64,000 nt of DNA from a virus. The translations under genes and the position numbers were made by a program. Position 1 is the first letter of the stretch. Every line of letters starts with the position of its first letter. The notes under the pieces are model-generated. The model was not told where the DNA came from. It searched no databases and was given only the letters and a program-made list of their open reading frames with translations. Shown piece after piece: positions 37,809 through 45,897 of this stretch. The stretch spans positions 11,256 through 75,255 of the IMG/VR virus record IMGVR_UViG_3300045971_001064, one strand, 5' to 3'.

Positions 37809-38083
37809 CGCGTGGTCCTCTTGCGGGTAGGCTTGGGTGGCGGAACGGGTGAGGCGCTGTAGGCCCGGTCAGCGATGCGCTCGTTCCGCATCCACTGCTC
37901 CTTCGTGGGCAGGTCCTCGCGGAAGGCGCGACGCGCGCAGGCCTCGCAGCAAGCCACGGAGTCGCCAGTCACCTTGGCGCCGTCAGGCAGCAGGGCCCAG
38001 CACTTGGTGGGCGTGCGGCAGAAGCAGCAGCGCTCCTGACCCCAGACGCCCATGTCCTTCGGCTCCTGCTCGACGAAAATCAT
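37805..38083 (-). CDS. Zinc-finger hypothetical protein
   Basis: ERCCFCRTPT..W...VACC..CA. Confidence 0.55.
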   Translation of the reverse strand: MIFVEQEPKDMGVWGQERCCFCRTPTKCWALLPDGAKVTGDSVACCEACARRAFREDLPTKEQWMRNERIADRAYSASPVPPPKPTRKRTTR

Positions 38084-38532
38084 GGCGAGAACCTCTGGTA
38101 GCTGTGGGTGCAGACGTGGGTGCACCACTCGGCGTGGCGCGTGTTGCGCAGCTTGCCGCAGCAGGGCGATGGAGCTTCGAGGCAGACCTCGCAGTGGCGC
38201 TCGCGGAAGAGCGCTGCCTCCTCGGGCGTCCTTGTTCTCACCGCAGCCTCTCCGGGCAGCGGGTGGCAGATGTGGCAGGCCGAGCCGTCGCACTCATGCT
38301 GCTGCGTGAACCCCTGCCTGCCCGCGATGTAGCCGTGCTCGGGCTGGGTGGCCAGCATGTGGACGGTCTTGGGGTCGAAGCTCGGCCCGTAGCTGACGTT
38401 GTGGAAGATGCCGATGAGCCGCGGCACGCCGTCCGCGTCGTTGAGGTAGACGCGAGCCTTGGCGCCGTACCAGACCTTCGGCTTACGGCGGAGGCCGAGT
38501 CGGACCAGCAGTCTGTTCCACCAGAGTGGCAT
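38080..38532 (-). CDS. Partial tail-tube paralog fused to a Cys/His-rich domain
   Basis: KPKVWYGAKA...GIFHNVSYGPSFD matches KSKVLHGARA...GIFNNVSYGVTYD of the tube at 48354; leaderless start from TAGGAT-N6-ATG. Confidence 0.65.
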   Translation of the reverse strand: MPLWWNRLLVRLGLRRKPKVWYGAKARVYLNDADGVPRLIGIFHNVSYGPSFDPKTVHMLATQPEHGYIAGRQGFTQQHECDGSACHICHPLPGEAAVRTRTPEEAALFRERHCEVCLEAPSPCCGKLRNTRHAEWCTHVCTHSYQRFSP

Positions 38533-38538
38533 GCACAC

Positions 38539-38549
38539 ATCCTAGCACG
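38539..38549 (-). promoter_or_regulatory. Extended -10 leaderless promoter CGTGC-TAGGAT-N6-ATG
   Basis: Direct sequence. Confidence 0.65.
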
Positions 38550-38571
38550 GCCCTCCCGACGGCGCCACCGG

Positions 38572-38578
38572 TAATCTA
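38572..38578 (+). promoter_or_regulatory. Putative late promoter TAATCTA
   Basis: Heads the 38606 island. Confidence 0.6.
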
Positions 38579-38605
38579 TCAGGTGAGAGCGAGACCTACT
38601 TCGGC

Positions 38606-39499
38606 ATGAGCAACATCACCGTCACCCTCGATACTTCGGGCATCGGCGAGGTCATGCGCGAAATCGCGGCCGTGCAGGAGGAGGTCGCGAAGAAGGTCGG
38701 CGACCTCGCTGCCCAGACGCACCTGCACATCAAGGAGCAGGTCCAGCAGAAGCTGACGAGCCGCCGCCAGATGTACGACGACGCCCTCGACAACGTGGTG
38801 GAGGTCTCGCCCGGCGTCCACGTCATCACGCTGAAGAAGGAAGCGGTCTGGATTGAGGAGGGGATGGACGCCCACTCGATGGTGGACGACCTCCTCAAGA
38901 ACAACGCCAAGACCGCGAAGGACGGCTCGAAGTACAAGGTCATCCCCTTCGAGCACGACAAGGGCGGGGCGAGCCAGACTCTCCAGACCAACACACTCAA
39001 CATGGCCCTGCGCACGGAGTTGAAGAAGCGCAACATCCCGTACAAGGGCATCGAGCGTGGGCCGGGCGGCGCGCCGAAGTCGGGCCTGCTCCACAAGTTC
39101 AACATGATGGACTCGCCCAACCGCCCCGCGGGCACTGCTGGGAAGCCGGGCTGGGGCAAGGGCCCTGAGGGCGCAGTGATGCAGGGCCCGAACTCGCTCG
39201 GTGGCTCGGGTGGCGGGACGCCTCTGCTCAAGGGCGTGCGCATCTACCAGACCGCGCTCTTCAAGAAGGATGCTGCTGGCAACGAAGTCCCCGACCTCGA
39301 CAAGAAGGGCAAGCAGAAGGCCACGCGCAGCATCATGACCTTCCGCGTGGTGTCGTCCAAGCACAAGGGCGTGAAGTGGGAGCACCCCGGCATCGAGGGG
39401 ACGCACTTCTTCGAGGAGGCCGAGACGTGGGCCAAGCAGGAGTGGGACAACCACATCGTGCCCGACATCGTCAAGAAGTTCGATTCACCGGGAGGATAG
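38606..39499 (+). CDS. Putative neck / tail-completion protein
   Basis: ..RR.MY.DAL...W.E.G...HSM...LL..AKT.KDGS.Y..IPF.H...FR.VS.K...W.HPG......EEA pattern of large myovirus neck proteins. Confidence 0.6.
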   Translation: MSNITVTLDTSGIGEVMREIAAVQEEVAKKVGDLAAQTHLHIKEQVQQKLTSRRQMYDDALDNVVEVSPGVHVITLKKEAVWIEEGMDAHSMVDDLLKNNAKTAKDGSKYKVIPFEHDKGGASQTLQTNTLNMALRTELKKRNIPYKGIERGPGGAPKSGLLHKFNMMDSPNRPAGTAGKPGWGKGPEGAVMQGPNSLGGSGGGTPLLKGVRIYQTALFKKDAAGNEVPDLDKKGKQKATRSIMTFRVVSSKHKGVKWEHPGIEGTHFFEEAETWAKQEWDNHIVPDIVKKFDSPGG

Positions 39500-39500
39500 T

Positions 39501-39713
39501 ATGAGCTTCAAGTTCAACAAGGACGAGGCGTTGTCGTGGGCTCTGTCCTTCGCGGTCATGCTCGGCATCGGCGTCGCAGCGCACGCAGCCTTCCACACCT
39601 ACTCGGTTGCCCACGACAGCATCACGTTCGTCACGGTGATGGTGTGGGGCGCGGTCGCTGCCTCGGGCCGCGTGGCGAAGGACGTCTCGGCCGCGCTGCT
39701 CGCTAGACGCTGA
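39501..39713 (+). CDS. Two-TM small membrane protein (holin-like)
   Basis: Paralog-like similarity to 35071..35268. Confidence 0.55.
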   Translation: MSFKFNKDEALSWALSFAVMLGIGVAAHAAFHTYSVAHDSITFVTVMVWGAVAASGRVAKDVSAALLARR

Positions 39714-40230
39714 CCGGCTCGTCGAGCGGGTCCTTGGGGCTCAGGGGCTTCGCCTTCTTCGGCTCGGGCTTCTTCTCTGCCGCCTTGCACTCGTTGAACA
39801 GGTTGACGCTGGTCGCCTCGGCCCACTCCTCAGTGAAGCCGAGGATGGCCTGCTTCTCGTACTCCGTGCCGTCGACGTTCTCGACCGCCTTGAGCCCGCC
39901 GCGGATGACCGAGTCGTAGGTGAACTTGGCGAGCCCGGCGCACGTGGGCAGCTTGTCGTACTCCGCGACCGCCTCCGGATTCAGGCAGGTGGCCAGAGCC
40001 GAGTCCCCGGCGAGGTTGCAGGTGAGCTTGATGAAGCCGCGGCCGTTGTCGGTGGTGGCCATCGGCAGTGCGGTCCGGTAGCAGGCCTTCGCGGTCATCG
40101 CGGCCACCACGCGACAGACCTTGCCCATGTCGGGCTCGCCCGCCTTCGCCACGAGCGGCAGCGCGAGGAAGAGCAGGATGGCCACGATGAAGAAGGCGGC
40201 GACGAAGCGGGCGAAGCTGCGGTTGGTCAC
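39703..40230 (-). CDS. Secreted / membrane-anchored Cys-containing protein
   Basis: Signal-peptide-like N-terminus; SD AAGGAG; CGTGC-TACGGT promoter at 40256-40266. Confidence 0.6.
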   Translation of the reverse strand: MTNRSFARFVAAFFIVAILLFLALPLVAKAGEPDMGKVCRVVAAMTAKACYRTALPMATTDNGRGFIKLTCNLAGDSALATCLNPEAVAEYDKLPTCAGLAKFTYDSVIRGGLKAVENVDGTEYEKQAILGFTEEWAEATSVNLFNECKAAEKKPEPKKAKPLSPKDPLDEPVSV

Positions 40231-40270
40231 GTGACGCTCCTTGGGGGAAAGAGATACCGTAGCACGGCGG

Positions 40271-40561
40271 CTACTTCGCCGCCACGACCTTCCATCCGTC
40301 CTGCGACTTCTCGATGCCGTAGGCCACCCGCTCGGCGTAGGTGGGGATGCTCTTGACGAGCTTCCACCCGTAGCTGTGGCGCTTCGGCTTGGGGAAGCCC
40401 GGCGTCGGTGCGAAGATGACGGTGCGGTTGATGAGCACCTTGCCTGACTCCATGACCGCGATGACCTCGCGCTCCCACGAGATGAGTGGGCTCTTCGGCT
40501 CCTTGTTCTCCTTCACCAGCCGGTACTGCTCCTTCTGTCCGCCTGCGCTGAGCTTGGCCAT
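40271..40561 (-). CDS. Hypothetical protein
   Basis: SD AGGAG. Confidence 0.55.
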   Translation of the reverse strand: MAKLSAGGQKEQYRLVKENKEPKSPLISWEREVIAVMESGKVLINRTVIFAPTPGFPKPKRHSYGWKLVKSIPTYAERVAYGIEKSQDGWKVVAAK

Positions 40562-40700
40562 GTCGTCTCCTAGAGGAAGGTGAGGGTGTACCAGCCCGCG
40601 TGCGAGGCGCTCTCGTGCACGTGGAAGTGGACGCTGCCGGGAAGCTGGCTGATGAAGGCGGCGAGAGACGTCTCGGAGCGGAACTCGATGGTGCGGGCCA

Positions 40701-41129
40701 TTACTCCTCCCCGAGGGCGTTGAGGGCCTTGACGACGGAGTCGCGGACGTCGCTCTCGAACTCGCTGCGGAACTTCATGCGGCCGACAGGCGTGTTGAGG
40801 AGCGCGTTGGTGTTCTTGAGCGCGTCGACCAGTCCCTTCGCCGCGGGCATGCCGGTCCGGTAGTAGACCTCGCCCTTGTCGCTGTTCCAGCCGGTGCGGA
40901 CGAAGACGGCGCCGTCGAAGGCCATGGCGGCCGGGAGCTTCTTGACCTGCTCGTACTCGAAGGGCGCGTCGAGCTTCATGTGGAGCCAGCGGAAGCCGGT
41001 CTCCTTGTCGGTGAACTCGTAGCTGACCGGGTAGACGTCGTCGAGGCCGGTGGCGCGGGACTGGTGGGCCTTGCAGGCGTCGCAGGAGCCGCAGGGGAGG
41101 GCGTAGCCGGGGCGGGCGCAGTCGGTCAT
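40701..41129 (-). CDS. Hypothetical protein
   Basis: N-terminal C..C..C; packed ORF. Confidence 0.55.
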   Translation of the reverse strand: MTDCARPGYALPCGSCDACKAHQSRATGLDDVYPVSYEFTDKETGFRWLHMKLDAPFEYEQVKKLPAAMAFDGAVFVRTGWNSDKGEVYYRTGMPAAKGLVDALKNTNALLNTPVGRMKFRSEFESDVRDSVVKALNALGEE

Positions 41130-41130
41130 G

Positions 41131-41379
41131 TCAGACCTCGGTGGGCAGCATGTTGGAGGACCGGACGGCCGTCAGGCAGTCCGAGGCGTACTTCTCGGCG
41201 GCGGAGAGCTTGCGGCTCAGGTCGCAGTAGACGGCGTGCTCGTAGTCGCACTGCTCGCCTGCGCGCCGCTTCGCGTCGTACCGCTCCCGGGCGTCGTGGA
41301 AGTGGTTGTTGGCGAGGATGCAGTCGTGCTGCGCGCGGGTGAAGGCGTCCTGAAGATACTGCTTGGCGGCTCGGGTCAT
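41131..41379 (-). CDS. Hypothetical early protein (leaderless)
   Basis: MTRAAKQ...; start set by P7. Confidence 0.65.
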   Translation of the reverse strand: MTRAAKQYLQDAFTRAQHDCILANNHFHDARERYDAKRRAGEQCDYEHAVYCDLSRKLSAAEKYASDCLTAVRSSNMLPTEV

Positions 41380-41414
41380 GGAAGGAGTGTACCTGAAGTC
41401 GAGGTGGGTGTCAA
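41377..41414 (-). promoter_or_regulatory. Sigma70-type leaderless promoter P7
   Basis: TTGACA-N17-TACACT-N6-ATG. Confidence 0.85.
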
Positions 41415-41417
41415 GGC

Positions 41418-41774
41418 CTACAGGGTCACGGCCCACGCGAGGCCCAGCATCGTCAGCCCGGCGGCGTGGTGGCTGGTCTTCCGCACGAGCCCCATGGCCA
41501 CCAGCGACCGGCAGGTGCGGTGCCACGCCGAGGAGGCGATGCGGCCGTCCGGGGCCAGCGAGTAGCCGTGGCGGGTGAAGCTGCGGAGGAAGTCCTTCTG
41601 TGAATCCGAGAGCTTGACCTTGGGGAAGGTGTCGTCGCCCACCAAGTGCATGGTCATCGGGGCGCCGATGCGGGCAGCGGCCTTCTCTGCGGTCTCGCGG
41701 TCGTGGAAGGTGGCGAGGTCGGGCTGGCCGTCGGCGGCGATGAACTTGACCACGTAGAGGAGGGAGCGAGCCAT
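41418..41774 (-). CDS. Hypothetical early protein with a C-terminal winged helix (leaderless)
   Basis: KLSDSQKDFL...TC.SLV.MGLV; start set by P8. Confidence 0.6.
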   Translation of the reverse strand: MARSLLYVVKFIAADGQPDLATFHDRETAEKAAARIGAPMTMHLVGDDTFPKVKLSDSQKDFLRSFTRHGYSLAPDGRIASSAWHRTCRSLVAMGLVRKTSHHAAGLTMLGLAWAVTL

Positions 41775-41809
41775 GGATGCAGTGTACGCCATCTTGACGC
41801 CCGTGTCAA
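41772..41809 (-). promoter_or_regulatory. Sigma70-type leaderless promoter P8
   Basis: TTGACA-N17-TACACT-N6-ATG. Confidence 0.85.
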
Positions 41810-42147
41810 GTCGGCGTGTTCTCATCCTTTGGGGTGGAAGGCTGGAGGCTGGCCTCGACCATGTTCGCCGCGCCGCGGCAGATGTCGGCGAGGTCGAGCG
41901 CCGAGGCCATGTCGTCGGGGTGCCTCTTGTCGAAGTCGCGGCACATCAGCTTGGCGACGTTGACCATCTCCTCGATGCAGGCCGACATCCACTTCAGGCG
42001 GTAGTGCGGGAAGGGCTCGTTCTTGGAGAGCGCCTCGTACATGGCGGCTCGCAGCTTGAGCCCGTGCTGGAGGCGGACCGAGGTGCGCGATGACTCGACG
42101 GCGTCACCCAGCACGGTCGCGATGAGGTCGAGGTCCTGACGAGGCAT
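41806..42147 (-). CDS. Hypothetical protein (leaderless)
   Basis: CGTGC-TACAGT-N6-ATG; its TGA lies in the P8 -35. Confidence 0.6.
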   Translation of the reverse strand: MPRQDLDLIATVLGDAVESSRTSVRLQHGLKLRAAMYEALSKNEPFPHYRLKWMSACIEEMVNVAKLMCRDFDKRHPDDMASALDLADICRGAANMVEASLQPSTPKDENTPT

Positions 42148-42188
42148 GCGAGTACTGTAGCACGGCCGCACGCAATCTTCCACTCAGA

Positions 42189-42998
42189 ATGGCCACCACC
42201 GAAGTCACTGGCATCTTCCAGACGCCCATCATCGTCAGGAGCGCCATCATCAAGTCCTTGCAGGAACTTCGGGAGGACCCGACTCTCATCGAGGACGCCC
42301 TCGCCTGCCTCGTGCAGGACGACCTGACCGCGGCGCGCTACGGCGAGAAGACCGTGGCCCAGTGCGTGGAGTGGTTCACGAAGACCAACATCCCGGTCAA
42401 GCTCGGCCTCAGCCTGACGCAGTTGACCTCGCCGTGCATCTCGGTGGAGTTGAGCGGCGGCGACGAGACCGAAGCCACACTCGGCGACGTCAACTACACG
42501 CCCAGCGAAGAGGACCCGCGTCGCCCCGGGCACTACCGCCAACTCGCCTCGGTGCACTCGCGCGAGAGCGTGAACGTCATCGTCATGGTGCAGGGCGAGG
42601 TCGAGTACCTGCTCTTCCTGTCCTCGCTGCTGCGCTTCGCCGTCCTTCGCCACAAGGAGGACCTCTTCGACGACCGCGGCTTCGCTCGGATGACGTGGGG
42701 CGCTGGCGTGTTCGGCTCGATGCCCGAGGCTCCGGGACGCGAGAACTTCTTCGCCAACACCGTCCGCGTGACCGGCTACGTGCGCCACGTCTGGCCCGTC
42801 CCGCTCGCGAAGGACCAGCCCGACACCGCCATCAGCAGCGTGCCGTTCGGGCCGCGCGTCGCTCCTGTAGCGCAGAACACCGAGGGCACCGCGACAAGCG
42901 TTCCGGCGACGCCCTCCGAGCCCGGGCCCGCTGGAGCCAATCCCTTCGACCCGGCGAACTGGCTGGACAGGGACATCATCTCGGGGAAGAAGACCTAA
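42189..42998 (+). CDS. Putative tail terminator / sheath stabiliser
   Basis: P.I.V.L....E....LG..., position upstream of the sheath; CAATCT at 42173. Confidence 0.55.
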   Translation: MATTEVTGIFQTPIIVRSAIIKSLQELREDPTLIEDALACLVQDDLTAARYGEKTVAQCVEWFTKTNIPVKLGLSLTQLTSPCISVELSGGDETEATLGDVNYTPSEEDPRRPGHYRQLASVHSRESVNVIVMVQGEVEYLLFLSSLLRFAVLRHKEDLFDDRGFARMTWGAGVFGSMPEAPGRENFFANTVRVTGYVRHVWPVPLAKDQPDTAISSVPFGPRVAPVAQNTEGTATSVPATPSEPGPAGANPFDPANWLDRDIISGKKT

Positions 42999-43015
42999 CC
43001 CCGTGAGCCCGCACC

Positions 43016-43023
43016 TAATCTAG
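43016..43023 (+). promoter_or_regulatory. Putative late promoter TAATCTAG
   Basis: 8 nt before ATG 43031. Confidence 0.6.
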
Positions 43024-43030
43024 GGTCAAG

Positions 43031-45256
43031 ATGCCTCGACGCGCACCGCTTCCCCCGGGGACTGACCCACGTGAGCATCCTGCCCTCAAGGGCGGGCATG
43101 TGGTCATCCTTGGCGGCGAGAAGCCGCTCTTCACGGCGAGTGGTCCCGTCGGCCACGCCGCGCTCGGCCAGATGCTTGAGCAGAAGGGCTTCGACTATGA
43201 GCCCTGCCACGGCAAGTACCAAGGCGACAAGCAGCCCTCGTACATCGTCCACGTGCGCAACGACGGCGAGGACGAGACACTCAAGGGCATCGCCCGCAGG
43301 ATGGGGCAGGAGTCGGTTGTCCACTCCGAGGGCGGCAAGCACCAGCTTGTCTACCTGAACGGCGACAACGCGGGCAAGGCGACCGCCCCGGCTGGTGGGC
43401 TGGAGTGGTACGGCGACAACGAGCCCGACGACAACTACACCACGCTGTACGGCGCGAGCGGTGAGCCGCTCGGCCACTTCAAGTACAACATGGACTTCGA
43501 CAACCCGATGGTGCCCGATGGTCCGGGCCCGATGGTCGATGTTCCTGAGGCAGCGAAGCAGGTCCTGAAGTCGGCGGTTGAGTCCTACCGCGGCATCCTG
43601 CTCGACCTCCGCAAGCGCGAGACCGACAAGCTGTCCAAGAAGCTGAACCCGGGCATGGGCGCTGACCGTGACCAGCACACCGGCTCGCACCCCGACGGCT
43701 CAAGCCTCTCGCTCAACCGCCCGAGCCATCCCTTCAGCGAGCCCGCCCGAGCCACGAGCGGCGGCGCCATCGACGGTCGCATCGCCAAGTACATGACCGA
43801 GGGTGGACGCAAGGGCAAGGTCCGTGGCAACAAGCCCTCAAGCGACATCTCGACTCAGGGCCCACACGGCCGCTCATCTCCCCACTCAGGCAACATCGTC
43901 AGCAAGACGGAGAACCCGATGAAGCTCCATGACCTCATGAAGTCGCAGGCTCAGGCCGTCAAGAAGTTCGGGGAGGAGGGCTTCCAGCCCACCAACAAGT
44001 TCTCGAACAAGCTCGCCGCTGGCCGCGAGAAGTCGCCCGAGGGTTCTCCCGCCGCTGCTGGGGCGAAGGACACCTTCACGCAGCGCGCGACCACGCCGTC
44101 GAGCCCGGGCGCCTTCAAGGCCGAGGAGAGCATGGGCAAGGCCCAGTGCCAGTGCGGCAAGGGCGAGTGCAAGTGGTGCGGCAAGGCTCCTCCGAAGCCG
44201 CGCCCCGGCAACGAGCAGGGTGAGCATGGCGGCAGCCCGAAGAAGCCCGCCTACCAGCCCGGCGACGAGGTCAAGAAGAGCATCTGGAAGAAGATGCCTG
44301 AGATGACCAAGGCTCAGACCAACGCGCACGCCTCGGCGAAGCGCAACGGTGGGACCATCAAGCTCGGCAAGCAGGAGTTCTACCTCGACCACCAGAACCC
44401 CACCGTTCCGAAGGAGGACGATGCGTCCATCCCCGGCGGCAAGGAGACCGGCTGGCGCACGGGTGGGCAGAAGCCGAAGAGCGTCGAGCGCAGCGGCTCA
44501 GGCGGCGGCATCTCCGGCAACAAGCCCAAGGCGGGCCCTGACCAGAAGAACACCTCGGAGAACAGCGTGACCGAGGGCACCGTGCCGAAGTCGAGCGGCA
44601 AGAACGACCTCATCGAGAAGGCTGCTGCCGACTTCCATAAGCGGACCGGCAACAAGTTCAAGAAGTACGAGTACGACAACGGCAAGTGCAAGGAGTGTGG
44701 CGCCGGTCTCGACGACTCGGGCTACTGCTCCCGCACCAACCACGACGACGAGGATGAGAGGCCGTCCCCTGAGCAGTCCGCTCTGGACGAGGGCCGCCAC
44801 AACCCGCAGGACTTCGAGAAGGCCGCGCCGAGCATGGGCGCTCCGAAGGCCCCGTCTGCTGGTGGCGCTGGCTCGCCGACCTTGAGCGGCGGCGCCTCCA
44901 AGAAGCCGCCCACCACCCACGCGACCGCGAACGCTGTGGGCTTCGGCAAGGCGCTGATGCCGTTCTCGGCCCAGCAGCACGGCGCGCAGGCTGCGCACGG
45001 CGCCGCTGGTGGTGGCGCTGCTCCGACTGCCGCTCCTGCGGTCACTCCCAAGGCGCCCAGCCAGTTCGACCCGTCCCTCTACGCTCCGCCCGCGGGTGGC
45101 GTGAAGTCGGGTCTGCTCACCGACAAGGACTTCGCCAACGCCAAGGGTCCGATGTCCGGCGTTGGGGTCACTCCTCGTCCTGCTGCACCTGCCGGTCTGC
45201 GCTCGCCCGCCCAGCACAAGGGCATCACCGGCTTCCTCAACGGGAAGGGCGGGTAG
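43031..45256 (+). CDS. Putative head cargo protein: N-terminal SAM-lyase-like domain plus a long disordered region with K[S/A]x motifs
   Basis: GHAAL..ML...G....GKY.G.KQPSY.V....IARRMGQESVV..LVY..G..PDDNYT; LMKSQ, FKAEE, MGKAQ, VKKSI, MTKAQ, IEKAA, FEKAA, FGKAL. Confidence 0.65.
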   Translation: MPRRAPLPPGTDPREHPALKGGHVVILGGEKPLFTASGPVGHAALGQMLEQKGFDYEPCHGKYQGDKQPSYIVHVRNDGEDETLKGIARRMGQESVVHSEGGKHQLVYLNGDNAGKATAPAGGLEWYGDNEPDDNYTTLYGASGEPLGHFKYNMDFDNPMVPDGPGPMVDVPEAAKQVLKSAVESYRGILLDLRKRETDKLSKKLNPGMGADRDQHTGSHPDGSSLSLNRPSHPFSEPARATSGGAIDGRIAKYMTEGGRKGKVRGNKPSSDISTQGPHGRSSPHSGNIVSKTENPMKLHDLMKSQAQAVKKFGEEGFQPTNKFSNKLAAGREKSPEGSPAAAGAKDTFTQRATTPSSPGAFKAEESMGKAQCQCGKGECKWCGKAPPKPRPGNEQGEHGGSPKKPAYQPGDEVKKSIWKKMPEMTKAQTNAHASAKRNGGTIKLGKQEFYLDHQNPTVPKEDDASIPGGKETGWRTGGQKPKSVERSGSGGGISGNKPKAGPDQKNTSENSVTEGTVPKSSGKNDLIEKAAADFHKRTGNKFKKYEYDNGKCKECGAGLDDSGYCSRTNHDDEDERPSPEQSALDEGRHNPQDFEKAAPSMGAPKAPSAGGAGSPTLSGGASKKPPTTHATANAVGFGKALMPFSAQQHGAQAAHGAAGGGAAPTAAPAVTPKAPSQFDPSLYAPPAGGVKSGLLTDKDFANAKGPMSGVGVTPRPAAPAGLRSPAQHKGITGFLNGKGG

Positions 45257-45889
45257 TTGGAGGTCTACGGACTCATCGACCCGCGTTCGGGAGAGTTGCG
45301 CTACGTCGGCAAGACGGAGCGCTCGAACGTCGTGCGTCTGAAGAGGCACGTGCATAACGCTCATGAAGGGGTGTCGTCGCACGCCTACAACTGGCTGCGT
45401 CAGCTTCTGGCCGCAGGTCTCAAGCCCGAGGTCTCGGTGCTGGAGGTTCATGAGACCGCCGAAGCTCTGAACGAAGCCGAGCGCCACCTCATCGCCTACT
45501 TCCGGAGCATCGGCTGTGACCTCACGAACGCCACCGAGGGCGGCGATGGCTCTGTCGGGTATCGGCACACCGAGGAGTCCAAGCAGAAGCAGCGGTCCAA
45601 GATGACTGGCCGCCGGTTGACCGAGGAGCACCGAGCCAGCATCTCAGGTGGGCTGATGGGACGCATCGTGTCCCACGCGACGCGCGCCAAGCTGAGCGCC
45701 GCCAACTCGAAGTCCAACTCTTACCGCGCCCAGTCCGTCGTTGACGACGACGGCGTGGTGTACCCGAGCATCAGCGCCGCAGCACGGGCGCTCAATATTC
45801 CGTCAGGAAACATCGCCCGAGCCGTTCGCAACGGGTCTACTGCCGGAGGTCGCGCCTTCGCGCTGACCGACGGTAATCTAGCTGCTTAG
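45257..45889 (+). CDS. GIY-YIG homing endonuclease (NUMOD3 + HTH)
   Basis: VYGLIDPRSGELRYVGKT..RL..H..EAERHLIAY..LTN...GG; TTG start. Confidence 0.88.
   Translation: MEVYGLIDPRSGELRYVGKTERSNVVRLKRHVHNAHEGVSSHAYNWLRQLLAAGLKPEVSVLEVHETAEALNEAERHLIAYFRSIGCDLTNATEGGDGSVGYRHTEESKQKQRSKMTGRRLTEEHRASISGGLMGRIVSHATRAKLSAANSKSNSYRAQSVVDDDGVVYPSISAAARALNIPSGNIARAVRNGSTAGGRAFALTDGNLAA
45874..45881 (+). promoter_or_regulatory. Putative late promoter TAATCTAG inside the GIY-YIG 3' end
   Basis: Upstream of SD AGGAG and the sheath ATG 45898. Confidence 0.65.
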
Positions 45890-45897
45890 GAGAAGCC

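Noticed and set aside
17258-45889. HNH and GIY-YIG genes as group I intron or intein ORFs
   Set aside because: Each lies between genes with their own stops and starts. I saw no split host gene or intein motifs, so they are treated as free-standing.
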